Shown here one piece after another: positions 51,601-57,929 of a stretch of 64,000 nt of DNA (positions are counted from its first letter, which is position 1; each line of letters begins with the position of its first letter). This DNA comes from an uncultured virus (IMG/VR IMGVR_UViG_3300030451_004121) (taxonomy: Duplodnaviria; Heunggongvirae; Uroviricota; Caudoviricetes; Crassvirales). The stretch spans positions 1-64,000 of IMG/VR virus record IMGVR_UViG_3300030451_004121, one strand, 5' to 3'. The position numbers were made by a program, and so were the translations under genes. The notes below the pieces were generated by a model. It saw only the letters and a program-made list of their open reading frames with translations. It ran no database searches and was not told where the DNA came from.

Positions 51601-51803
51601 GTAAAGAAGATGGTATTTGCTCTGCTATAAGTAGAAGTGGTAATAGGTGTAAAAACAAGGCAGAGTCAGGTGGTTTATGCACAATACACGCTAAAGTAGA
51701 GCAAGGAACTAAGGAGGTTCAATGTAGTAAAATTAAATCTAACGGTGAGAGATGTAAAATGAAAACCAAGGCAAAAAGCGGTTTATGCTACTATCATGAT
51801 TAA
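39669..51803 (+). CDS. Giant multidomain (polyvalent) virion/ejection protein, 4044 aa: coiled coils, HExxH, HAD phosphatase with inserted P-loop kinase, C-terminal CCCH repeats
   Basis: SPLK at N-terminus; QHEILH; WDFDDTL...LTAR...YFADD; FLAGGAGSGKS; two C-x9-C-x9/10-C-x2-H repeats. Confidence 0.85.
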   Translation: MSKIKSPLKQNEDVELVKLSDADAQSLFNETFDFDESILENEVEEEEEEEKKLTEKEQKQVDEYGYVLPDITEVVKSDDDLEVKTKDDKKIVYNTNEEKKRLKEIGGIVAEQMQPYIDSGEYSEEELNTIRKYLNRLETDLYDKKQPLDFLPLVVTPREAMEDALDEMYYKFGEMNVIKISEQLNLSPEFLDIFKSENTDIYRVEDTRGELQPKLIRIKENGEVEFITSKELKDVDPNFYLKLNDDLEDRYYEDLDNLGNNIVDLFDKMVEETGTAGVVSGLDEDQMLDLLRRELKKYNIDVRQPAILGDYVTLVSGKDPSKELRINLNTNYLESSFFGTAPGPLNVRGVRNSGEKIFNSIENFVKEHGKQPEVIDHEENIIEKNIKAANKLKEERDNSLAVEYNTIKEIDKKIKNAETQLEFYNREQSEESKEQWLENHGQPTDLINVKDYADRNNISGDFNENEFITQLELQTRKDLRYGLNEDEWRVYSGRNRTQEQKDLFVKIDNAIERLKKDEKNFSFWQNLGGLEDVEYDEDKDLVLQGDLAVALFDLLEDKPQDEIEKILLSFTKKEALLREAKAIVLDNYYTEKQVEIDINNKNKNDFEVRKIELENDIEDFNQSVSTFEEKIAPITQSINNSIKKVNDIDAKIETLIEDAEDIKEKAKTDSDYRDVYTDLYKDYQELLAKRQKLVNQYEIDNKEYNNLINSEEYKEIANSNIDLNNRQISLGEQIEVLNKAGNKLSEEFKTLYDEIGFNAADGVFEDSYESVTQYKKWKNAFADNPTMDAIGAFNEQFTDQVLKVFAIIPEAAVWQANRIYGNDPNEYSQWDAMSDIVANYIEEDKFSAYTDRDGRIAEAGWTYRNITRTMADMLPFTLGIIHAGRKGDARGIKNAYKKFTGGTLDDMAMKWNITKRTYSLTIYDNYQEAKKLGLNDMQALEYATFMSSATAMSQLIMPDNLFLKGGAGTNPFKSSFAKSLSGTTNMVAAREISKNTFKNLVKELGEEEIELLFDDLNKMSFLANHESMFLDAEAHADLAMGTIILSGGIQQIGNRQTYKAVKERVRAEFKYRGLETLHILQKEKNGLNSKIARLEKLENPNLDKIEELKKRVEEIDAAIVYGQAELEAINNAPSYASSEHIDLIRRKNELIKKKSSAKGEELNEINKEIKDISAELESTNAYENFQNKQEKDVERSEEIAKEEFGEDLEVYETDSRQESSDVVKSKMQEQSKRLEEEINDIKQDENGNAVNLQEQPALSKLKNEKSRVDNELANMASTEERQKQERELILIQDKLNKIDPSKKLTRRAELQQQLKRLDKLRRDGQISGLDFLAETKKIKDAIKELSSEIKSDKSVTSANESVVDDLVEKYLGLANEIDKDQAYSGYKENAFITPPDASGRRSIIINKKGVLQSGYINAGQHEILHAILKETLKSDPELQRALADAMMEFANDNPGKIKIGPEFDLRMRAYNESDQKYEEYLTVMAEALVRGDVKFSNNFKGKVSDMMRRFNQKYRRPDIEFETGEDVINFLRDYNRFFKKRKKNPAFSKMIKQGAKGKLLERKEKREKEVRYGPGFSKSLRFQFSKNPDLKDDFDNLTQNPDGTKRWNSKVEFQNSSEYWEGLTQILTNPQLESLIKEGIGGETGIQYAELDDFVEKVKVKLQRRYEGQTRVIKDADGNPIVDERGIERRERVLDENGNPKGGFDPSMANGSLFGWLIGGSGSYTNSNLYRARGDVMNEYKEEIETISADTEGTARKLSQIPSDNDVKQETKNEVERNKIDLLKLPVIERVSDKIKSKVKPAKGDGHKEIISKHAGEVGQLIFDIPGDKIVKGGANLTAVTKYEEGMPIPGEAQNIQRVFNAPQFAEKFIKTLPLYNVVERTGDINLKGENLDVSRNVFGVAIGLKGLPMDYFYEDYIDPRSLSKDPLIKAESITSPKGRSKGLTTQTQVKKLKQEFINPTPETIEKFKRDIGITPKLEANEYSRDIGQLQKGVAKVISMNVSLSAAQRNLQDQLNKAIKEGKSPKVTQEIKQQTANITGAQSKIAFSKGVADQKNRLQFSESIPVEQLSNAEILAQNKDYKLIVKRGKQIPINMNTPKGRLIFKEWVIKDLSKRLPKAFFYTSGTFDGTSKGLFTEGDYVGAFRGPKANLLNVSVEETIAMFAPDHVFGPDDADISMALTRVTQNKKNLEDTNAKLQRAIGFKKILNVLNQMIQEDKANIPYVAALLSSTSSNMNHFMRKGSIYEFRNTLNEANVEEHTQAASDFAKFVLNRMVDGTFDKYIDVAMQAYFQGSLPLKFEILLVDPAGEFNYKNNAGIYTKLILVDGKPVWIRYFNPDVNNNQGGINPNVLILAGGNTIAQEYGVGVDESLYNHDEVVSKQQELLFKIFNGDITQEVASKTINEYAMKFSKVSPSSEVKKAIKFSKAIENARLINHNTPSRGMSAWDFDDTLATTKSGVRATVPNPDGTPQPNRKVIFLAGGAGSGKSNVVKKLGLEEQGFKIVNSDISLEWLKKNSGLPENMNDLTREQLSELGRLQAQARKISKGKMMKYQGNADGVVVDGTGGSIKAMQKLVNEFKEKGYDVSMVFVETSLETALDRNRKRKERSLLDKIVIRNHEAVQGNKEGFKEMFGERFMEVKTDNLTQADPMPADLMQQMNDFVSSYKKLRLDAEQFATQGADILEQGGVFDFSEFNVVTEGAQGPMFKTAFDRAQKYGTKDTYVLTARPAESAGPIQQFLASQGLNIPLENITGLGNSTGEAKAEWILEKFSEGYNDIYFADDAMQNVEAVKDVLDQLDIKSEVVQAKIQFSRGIDNKVDKMFTNPALVKIKENISINNVSNVSSLTRDGVYSNIQFSKKHRGEYENLISKNRPDLVKEGLVSQTVDQMFDLVNNLSIPPDKRRKYEKIMTKWLATSTMKLPEDNYKLQDAVELAEKNKLDVFSYRNPNEIIEKFAGKSKAKPINPDTVELFVKDESKTNKKYGITEYVVEETKESQAIVRKVVDTHWGPKSNPWCICARDKNGSMDAAWDNWKKYSDGPKRIVFQNGKLLAFYANDLYWDRMDNDTDAPVINIKEGRVTKKVELVPIGKNKVDEFVIEVRTVSEDGNTVTTEIVGETGSNYEVGTKIVENRVNGVTVKKTRSTSDRMSIEWGFEPGRVQEVQNYNEKGELTSSIFYQEAGVIGTINHAEEFGGITESEIVEKKGDIISNEGGGEYFAQINLAKQGIKNADPTVITEIGWEMDGKLEDVITTSSNGETRVDLKKILKIDSKAQGLPPGIQFSKDISKEFNELLERTTGVEARKRFSEAQAKIRGKKGRYKGIIPASAQDFLGLLYNFMGKGKQGDADMAFFKKALIDPFARGIDELNASRQAASNDYKNLTKEFPKVKKRLNKKAGDTGFTNDQAVRVYLWIKAGFEVPGLSNRDLAALNAHVKNDPELQAFADALGIISKKAEGYAKPGEYWLVENIISDLTSDGAIGEVRAEFLAEWQQNVDQIFSKENLNKIEAIYGSKFREALEDILYRMQTGRNRSQGGGRLMNNYMNWVNNSVGAIMFFNIRSAVLQTISATNYINWSDNNPLKAAMAFANQKQFWSDFVMLFNSDYLKQRRAGNRRGVNEAELTSAVMGVGPAEQAKAALRYLLKIGFLPTQIADSFAIASGGASFYRNRVNSYLKQGMSKAEAEQKAFLDFQETTEVSQQSARPDMISQQQANPLGRLILSFQNTPMQYARIMNKAARDIANGRGDFKTHVSKIIYYGAIQSIIFSALQSAIFASLGDDEEEDFDTKKQRILNQMIDSVLSGIGYGGKAISTVKNATMEYLKQRDKGFRADHAYTILQLLGFSPPIGSKLRKIYSAIQTEKFNKDVFKRRGLTLDNPIWQAIGYTIEGFFNVPLGRLSQKMQNLDNALDSNNEWWERIALIMGWNTWDLGIKDADIEGIKEEIKEEKKEKDKERREQKKKEKEEEKKKEQEELIKQNQEKSKEDGICSAISRSGNRCKNKAESGGLCTIHAKVEQGTKEVQCSKIKSNGERCKMKTKAKSGLCYYHD

Positions 51804-51828
51804 ATAATTTGAAAAACAAGTAATTCTA
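51801..51828 (+). promoter_or_regulatory. Late promoter-like motif (copy 3)
   Basis: TAAATAA-TTTGAAAAACAA-GTAATTCTA upstream of the envelope cassette. Confidence 0.6.
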
Positions 51829-51850
51829 TAATAATAAAGTACACTTAAAA

Positions 51851-52129
51851 ATGGCAAAAGAATTAAATGAAGATACTGGCTTTGTATTAAGCATAAAAAC
51901 ATTAATAGGAATAGGTTTTGCAATAGCAACAATAGCTGGTATGTGGTTTACATTACAAGCTGATATTGCAGAGGCAAAAGAGCTACCAGCTCCACCAGAC
52001 CCTGAAGTTACACGCTTAGAGTTTGATATGAAAGATCAAATGATAAGACAAACTATTATGACTACACAAGAAGACGTTAAAGAAATTAAAAAGTCTATTG
52101 AAAAAATAGAAGAAAAACTTTACGAATAA
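51851..52129 (+). CDS. Single-TM coiled-coil protein
   Basis: TLIGIGFAIATIAGMWFTL TM helix; C-terminal heptads. Confidence 0.75.
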   Translation: MAKELNEDTGFVLSIKTLIGIGFAIATIAGMWFTLQADIAEAKELPAPPDPEVTRLEFDMKDQMIRQTIMTTQEDVKEIKKSIEKIEEKLYE

Positions 52130-52500
52130 TGGAAGAAACTAAAACACCTTGGAGCGTATACGCTATTTATATGTTAGTATTAATATTTATGATGATAGCA
52201 GGTACAGTTAAGGGCCAAAACATTTGCAAGACAGATGTATGTGTAGTTGAGTTTAATGCTAGTTGGAACAAAGCTAACAGTGTAGACTGGTTAGATAAGC
52301 TAAATGATTGTGGTGTTCAAAGAATAAATATAGACGAGGGTGATTGGCAAAAGAAATATAATATAGTTGTAGTGCCTACAATTATAGTTTTTAACGGAGA
52401 AGAAGTAAAACGTTATCAAGCAGATCTTAGTTTTACTATGGCCGTAACAAGAAAAGAAGTACAAGAAGAAGTTGATGAAATAATAATGAGTGACTTTTAA
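52129..52500 (+). CDS. Exported thioredoxin-fold protein lacking CxxC
   Basis: Signal/TM segment; VVEFNASWN; KYNIVVVPTIIVF.GEEVKR. Confidence 0.7.
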   Translation: MEETKTPWSVYAIYMLVLIFMMIAGTVKGQNICKTDVCVVEFNASWNKANSVDWLDKLNDCGVQRINIDEGDWQKKYNIVVVPTIIVFNGEEVKRYQADLSFTMAVTRKEVQEEVDEIIMSDF

Positions 52501-52501
52501 A

Positions 52502-54718
52502 ATGAAAAAAATATTAATATTACTTTTATTACCTATATTAACTTTTGCACAGAAAGAAGTTGTTGTACATATAAAAACAGATGCGTATCCTAGTGAAACA
52601 AAATGGATATTATATGACTCTGCTTATGGAGGAGATACGTTAGATTATGTTGACTATGGTTACTACACGCAACAAAACTTTGTTCACCTTGACACGTTGT
52701 ATATACCAGATAGCGTTACAAATATATCTTGGGTTATATACGATAGTTATGGTGATGGTATTATAAACGGTGAATACTATTTAATAGTATGTGGAGACAC
52801 TATAGTTAGTTACCCGTCTTCTACATTTACAACCGGTTTAATTCATAATAGAGTTGTACCACAATGTATGCCACAACCACCGCCGCCTGGTCAATGTGTG
52901 CCAGCAATGGTAAATATAAACTTAGATCAATTTACTAGTGAAACTAGTTGGGAAATAAAAGATACAATGGGTAATTTGATAGCAGCAGGAGGCCCATACC
53001 CAAACGCTCCTGATTATCAACCACAACATATTCCAGTTTGCCTACCTACAGGTGTTTTAAGGTTCACGATATTTGATACGTACGGAGACGGTTTAGCTGG
53101 AAGCCAGTGGGGTGGAAACGATGGATCATATTATTTGATGCAATGTGGAGATACCTTGGTGTTTGGTACCACACCTAATTTTGGGACAGATTCCACGCAT
53201 GTATTTGTGTCAGACACATGTACTCCACCACCACCAGTGCCGGGCTGTATGGACAACAATTATATTGAATTTAATCCATCAGCCACAGTAAGCGATAGTA
53301 GCTGTGCTACTTTAAAAATATATGGTTGTACTGATAGTACAATGTTTAACTACGACTCAACTGCAAACACTATGGACTACATAGACAGTTGCGATTACAC
53401 TCTTGTACTGCATGATCTTGCAGGTAATGGTTGGGTTGGTAGTAGATTAGAAATTTATCAAGATGACACGTCACAGTTTGTAATGACATCTGGTTTTGAT
53501 CAAACCTATACTTTACAATTAAAAGCGCCTAAACTAGTAAGAGCTAAGTTCTTTATTAGTCAACAAGCTTCTGGTACAGCTCTTGAATGCGGGTTTACTT
53601 TAATAAATCCTATGGGTGATACCGTTATAAGTATTAGACCGCCGTTTATACAACCGTTTTTTGTGTATGGTGGTATAACTTATTGTGGTAACGAGTGTAT
53701 TGAAATAGTTGAAGGATGTATGGATAACATGGCATTTAACTATGATAGCACGGCAAACACACCGCTACCTTGTTATTATGTACCTGGTTGTATGTCTCCT
53801 GCGTATTTAGAGTATCATATCGATACATCTAACGGGGTTTATACAGATATTAATATACAAGACAGTTGTAATATATTAGCTGTGTTTGGATGTACAGACA
53901 CGGCTTCGTTTAATTACGACTCTACTGCTAATGTAGACAATGGTGGTTGTATACCTGTTATAACTGGATGTATGGAAAGTCTAGCGTTAAATTATAATCC
54001 GCTCGCAAATACGCCTGACACGTGTATAGCATACGTTTATGGGTGTACTGACCCGACAATGTTTAACTATGATAGTTTAGCAAACACTGATGATGGAAGT
54101 TGTGAACCTTTTGTTTATGGATGTATGGATAGTACTATGTTTAATTTTAACCCACTTGCAAATGCTCAAGATAATATTACTCCTTGTATTCCTTTTATAT
54201 ATGGTTGTACTGATCCGAGTATGTTCAACTACCAAGCTGAAGCTAACACAGAAGATTTCAGTTGCATACCATTTATTTATGGGTGTACTGATAGCACCGC
54301 TATTAATTACGATTCACTTGCTAACACTGATAACAATTCGTGTATACCGGTGGTTGTGGGATGTATGGACCAAGACGCTTGGAACTATGAAGAACTAGCA
54401 AACGTACCTGATACTTGTTTGTTTGCAGCTGAGTGTATAACAGGGCCAGGCGAGCCTTATTGGTTAAACGACCCTTGTTACGCTTGGGTTATAGACGTTG
54501 ATGAGTACTGTTGTACAAATGACTGGGATAGTATATGCCAGTTAACTTACAACTACTGTGAAGGCACTTGGGTTGGACCAATACCAAAGCGTTTTGCTAA
54601 TTTAATAATGATAACAGATATACTGGGCAGACCAGCAAAAATAAATACTAATCAACTATTGTTTTTCATATATGATGATGGAACAGTAGAGAAAAAAATG
54701 ATAAAAAATGGAAAGTAA
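52502..54718 (+). CDS. Secreted Cys-repeat protein with T9SS-type C-terminal tail (likely start 52502)
   Basis: MKKILILLLLPILTFA-Q signal peptide; 11 GC[MT]D-type repeats; ITDILGR...FFIYDDGTVEKKMIK tail. Confidence 0.75.
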   Translation: MKKILILLLLPILTFAQKEVVVHIKTDAYPSETKWILYDSAYGGDTLDYVDYGYYTQQNFVHLDTLYIPDSVTNISWVIYDSYGDGIINGEYYLIVCGDTIVSYPSSTFTTGLIHNRVVPQCMPQPPPPGQCVPAMVNINLDQFTSETSWEIKDTMGNLIAAGGPYPNAPDYQPQHIPVCLPTGVLRFTIFDTYGDGLAGSQWGGNDGSYYLMQCGDTLVFGTTPNFGTDSTHVFVSDTCTPPPPVPGCMDNNYIEFNPSATVSDSSCATLKIYGCTDSTMFNYDSTANTMDYIDSCDYTLVLHDLAGNGWVGSRLEIYQDDTSQFVMTSGFDQTYTLQLKAPKLVRAKFFISQQASGTALECGFTLINPMGDTVISIRPPFIQPFFVYGGITYCGNECIEIVEGCMDNMAFNYDSTANTPLPCYYVPGCMSPAYLEYHIDTSNGVYTDINIQDSCNILAVFGCTDTASFNYDSTANVDNGGCIPVITGCMESLALNYNPLANTPDTCIAYVYGCTDPTMFNYDSLANTDDGSCEPFVYGCMDSTMFNFNPLANAQDNITPCIPFIYGCTDPSMFNYQAEANTEDFSCIPFIYGCTDSTAINYDSLANTDNNSCIPVVVGCMDQDAWNYEELANVPDTCLFAAECITGPGEPYWLNDPCYAWVIDVDEYCCTNDWDSICQLTYNYCEGTWVGPIPKRFANLIMITDILGRPAKINTNQLLFFIYDDGTVEKKMIKNGK

Positions 54719-55178
54719 ACCTTTTAAAATGAAAAATCCTTCTTTAGCTAAAGCTATGAGAGAAGGTACACCTATGCAACTTAATTATGGATCTCCTATG
54801 AAAGACACTGGAACACCTGGAGATGCGGGTCCAAAGAAAAGACCTAGACGTAACACTATGAAAGAAGACGAGCTTATAGAGAAACAAGAGCAAAGAAAAA
54901 AAGCTGACGAAGTTTCTTACGATAAAAAAGCTATGAATAAAAAAGGTAAAACAAGGATTCCAGGAACAAACATATACGAAGATAAAGAAAACAAAGAATT
55001 ACAACAAATAAACAAAGATTCTGAAGAAAGATCTAAATTAAGAGCTGAAAAAGATAGAGAAAGAGAAGCTAGAAGAGAAAGAATCAGAAAGTACGAAGAA
55101 AGAAATCCAAAGAGATCTAGTAAAAAAGCGTCAAAGGGAGTTATGAAAGGCTTCGATCCGCTAAATAAAAAGAAATAA
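54708..55178 (+). CDS. Charged protein with FKMK leader and SPMK motif
   Basis: MESKPFKMKNPSL...GSPMKD. Confidence 0.75.
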   Translation: MESKPFKMKNPSLAKAMREGTPMQLNYGSPMKDTGTPGDAGPKKRPRRNTMKEDELIEKQEQRKKADEVSYDKKAMNKKGKTRIPGTNIYEDKENKELQQINKDSEERSKLRAEKDREREARRERIRKYEERNPKRSSKKASKGVMKGFDPLNKKK

Positions 55179-56207
55179 ATGAAAAAACTATTAGTACTAT
55201 TATTAGTACCTATATTTAGTTATTCACAAAGTAATGTAAAAGATATATTTAAGTTCTCTACATTTTACGCGGCTGTAAACGGTGGTACTTCTATATCAGA
55301 TGTGGAAACTTATAGCGTTACAGATGGTTTAGGTATTGAAACAATACAAACACCTTATGATTATAACTTAACTTTAGGTATACGTAAAATAGCTAGGTTT
55401 GGTTATGAAAACAGGGCTAATACATTTTATGATGGTACTGAGTCTAATTATAGTGATGCTGCTACAGTAGGTAAAAGAAATGGTACAGAGTTTTTATTTC
55501 AAGTAGATTACAAGAGACAAGAAGGTGTAGAGTATTTAGATCAACACCACTTTATAAGATACGTAGCTAACGACTGGATAGCTAAAGCAGAGTACTTAGT
55601 AGATGGTTTTGCAGATATAGAATACTTTGAAACATCACAAAGATATAGATATAATCTTGGTAAAGTAAGTTTTAATATTGGAGCCGTACAAAGATTATCT
55701 GAACCTTATGGTTATGATCCGCTTGCTAGCTGGAAGTTAGACAATGGTAATATACATTATACTTACTTAGCTTTACAAGAAGGATATAATGTAGATGTAT
55801 ATCATGACATGTACTATAATCCAGATGGCGATATAGTAGCTTATTCATCAGATGTATGGGAACAAATTGTAATACCAGAGGTATTAGCTAACTACGTCGA
55901 AAGAAAACGTAATGAGTTAGATGATAAACTACAACACTCGTTAGTCGTAGGTTTAGATTATTATTACTACAACAAAAGTGTTTGGGTGCATACATGGGCT
56001 AACTTGATGCCATACCACTACAACGATAAAGATGAGTTTAGTTATCACAACTACATCGATGGTCAATGGTTAGATTACTCAGGCGGTTTAATATTTGGAC
56101 AAAAGATAAATAAAAGATTAGGCGTGTTTGCGGAAGGTAAATACAATAAGTACTGGAACAGAGAGTGGTACGATTTTAAAATGGGTATCAACTACATAAT
56201 AAGATAA
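55179..56207 (+). CDS. Putative outer-membrane beta-barrel protein
   Basis: MKKLLVLLLVPIFSYS-Q signal; Tyr/Trp-rich alternating strands; terminal FKMGINY strand. Confidence 0.6.
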   Translation: MKKLLVLLLVPIFSYSQSNVKDIFKFSTFYAAVNGGTSISDVETYSVTDGLGIETIQTPYDYNLTLGIRKIARFGYENRANTFYDGTESNYSDAATVGKRNGTEFLFQVDYKRQEGVEYLDQHHFIRYVANDWIAKAEYLVDGFADIEYFETSQRYRYNLGKVSFNIGAVQRLSEPYGYDPLASWKLDNGNIHYTYLALQEGYNVDVYHDMYYNPDGDIVAYSSDVWEQIVIPEVLANYVERKRNELDDKLQHSLVVGLDYYYYNKSVWVHTWANLMPYHYNDKDEFSYHNYIDGQWLDYSGGLIFGQKINKRLGVFAEGKYNKYWNREWYDFKMGINYIIR

Positions 56208-56623
56208 TGGCATATATACAAAAAAATAATCCTTTTCCTATAACTAGTTGTGGTAGACGTAGATCGTTTATGAACAATAACGTACGTAGACAAGTTAATT
56301 CTCCTGGTAAAGATCGTACAGAAGAAAGTCCTTTTCCAAAAGCAGATCCACGTAGAACTATAGGACCAGGTAAAAACTTTAACAAAGTTGCTAAAGACAA
56401 AAGCGCTACAGGTGGAGCAGCTGGAGGTGGTATGACTCAAAAAGGTGTTGATGAGTACAAAAGAAATAACCCAGGTAGCAAGTTAAAAACAGCTGTCACC
56501 ACTGATCCTTCTAAATTAAAAAAGGGTAGCAAGGCAGCTAAACGTAGAAAATCATTTTGCGCTAGATCTAAAGGTTGGACTGGCGAAAGAGGTAGAGCAG
56601 CTAGAAGAAGATGGAACTGTTAA
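56207..56623 (+). CDS. Basic protein with SP motifs and C-terminal RRKSFCAR...RRWNC domain (DUF6321-like)
   Basis: Motif recognition. Confidence 0.7.
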   Translation: MAYIQKNNPFPITSCGRRRSFMNNNVRRQVNSPGKDRTEESPFPKADPRRTIGPGKNFNKVAKDKSATGGAAGGGMTQKGVDEYKRNNPGSKLKTAVTTDPSKLKKGSKAAKRRKSFCARSKGWTGERGRAARRRWNC

Positions 56624-57138
56624 AGGAGTTTAAAATACAAAAATACTTAGATAAAAAACCACCAAGTGATAACTCTAATACTACCAAAGGTGAGATTACT
56701 GAGTTAACTAAAATACCTATTAGAGAGAAGTTTGTAAAAGAGAAAGATGATATTAAAAAGTCTTTTGAAAAAGTTGTAGGCAAAGATGATAATATACAAA
56801 AGTTAATCAACGAGTCTGCGCCTATAATAATGAAAATTAAAAAACATCATAATAGACCTAGACCAAAAGTTATAGCCAAAAAAATAAAAACTAAAATGGA
56901 AGATATAGAGATGGCGTCGATGAAAACACCTTCGTATCCATCTGGTCACTCAGTGCAGGGTTATTTAATAGGAATGTTTTTAAGTGACAAGTACCCACAA
57001 AAAAGAGACAAGTTAATGAAAACTGCTAGAGATATATCACACAGCAGAAGAGTAGCAAGAGCGCACTACAAATCAGACTCTTTGTTTGGAGAACAAATAG
57101 GAAAAGATATGTATAACTATATAAAAGACAAGATATGA
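56611..57138 (+). CDS. PAP2/haloperoxidase-superfamily phosphatase, soluble
   Basis: K-x6-RP (KKHHNRPRP), PSGH and SR-x5-H-x3-D (SRRVARAHYKSD). Confidence 0.85.
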   Translation: MELLKEFKIQKYLDKKPPSDNSNTTKGEITELTKIPIREKFVKEKDDIKKSFEKVVGKDDNIQKLINESAPIIMKIKKHHNRPRPKVIAKKIKTKMEDIEMASMKTPSYPSGHSVQGYLIGMFLSDKYPQKRDKLMKTARDISHSRRVARAHYKSDSLFGEQIGKDMYNYIKDKI

Positions 57139-57365
57139 GAAATACACCATTAAGAGCTTTTGCTGGTAAAGAAAAGCTTAAAGAAGTTTCACAAGAATTA
57201 AAAAAAGCTAGTAATATGCACGCTGCACAAGCTAAAAAAATTGACAGTGCTATAAGCCCATTAAAAGGTAAATTAAAACCTTGTCAAAAGGCTGCTGCTA
57301 GAAAAAAGTTTGATGTTTATCCTAGTGCTTACGCAAATATGTGGGCTTCAAATCACAAATGCTAA
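57135..57365 (+). CDS. Small basic protein with SPLK and YPSAYAN motifs
   Basis: ORF track; overlaps both neighbours. Confidence 0.75.
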   Translation: MRNTPLRAFAGKEKLKEVSQELKKASNMHAAQAKKIDSAISPLKGKLKPCQKAAARKKFDVYPSAYANMWASNHKC

Positions 57366-57823
57366 TGGCTTACGATATTAAAGCTAAGTTTATAAAGAAC
57401 AGTCCTCTACCTTGTTGGAGAGGTTACGAGCGTGTACCTGGAACAGTTAAAGGAGCTAAAGGTAGTTGTCGTAAATCTTCGCCAACAAAAGACTATGTTT
57501 CAGATGAACAAAGAAAAGCTGTTTGGGCAAGTAAAGCTGATGGTGGTAAAGGTAATCCTAATAAAATGTTATCACCAGTTAAAGCAAAACAAAAAGGTGG
57601 TGGTACTAAAAAAGTTTGTCTACCTAAAGCTAAAATAGCTAGCATGAGTAGCGCTGAAAAAAACAAAGTGATAGCAGCAAAACAAGCGGCTGGTAGAGCT
57701 GGTAAATATAAAAGATCTAGTTCTAGTAATGTTACTGGTACAAAAAGTGATGGTTTAAGAGATTGGGTTAAACAAGACTGGAGACAAGTTGGTGACCCTA
57801 GTAAAAAATGTGGAGAAAAATAA
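57365..57823 (+). CDS. Basic protein made of SP-delimited micro-domains (likely start 57365)
   Basis: MAYDIKAKFIKNSPLP-CWRGY..., SPTK, SPVK; TAATG coupling to the upstream stop. Confidence 0.75.
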   Translation: MAYDIKAKFIKNSPLPCWRGYERVPGTVKGAKGSCRKSSPTKDYVSDEQRKAVWASKADGGKGNPNKMLSPVKAKQKGGGTKKVCLPKAKIASMSSAEKNKVIAAKQAAGRAGKYKRSSSSNVTGTKSDGLRDWVKQDWRQVGDPSKKCGEK

Positions 57824-57833
57824 ATATATAAAT

Positions 57834-57929
57834 ATGAAAAGTAAATTTTGTAAATGGCTTCAAGCCATAACGTTTGGATTAGTATGTTTAGGTTGGTGTA
57901 AAATGTGTTGTGATAACTGTGACTGCTGA
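57834..57929 (+). CDS. Cys-rich micro-protein, 31 aa (MKSKFCKWLQAITFGLVCLGWCKMCCDNCDC)
   Basis: Hand-translated; exactly fills the gap; TGATG coupling to the next gene. Confidence 0.65.
   Translation: MKSKFCKWLQAITFGLVCLGWCKMCCDNCDC

Noticed and set aside
39669..51803. Giant protein as a crAss/N4-like virion RNA polymerase
   Set aside because: No DxDGD/DFDID catalytic motif seen; the DFDD is followed by TL and fits HAD motif I. A structure search would be needed to exclude it fully.
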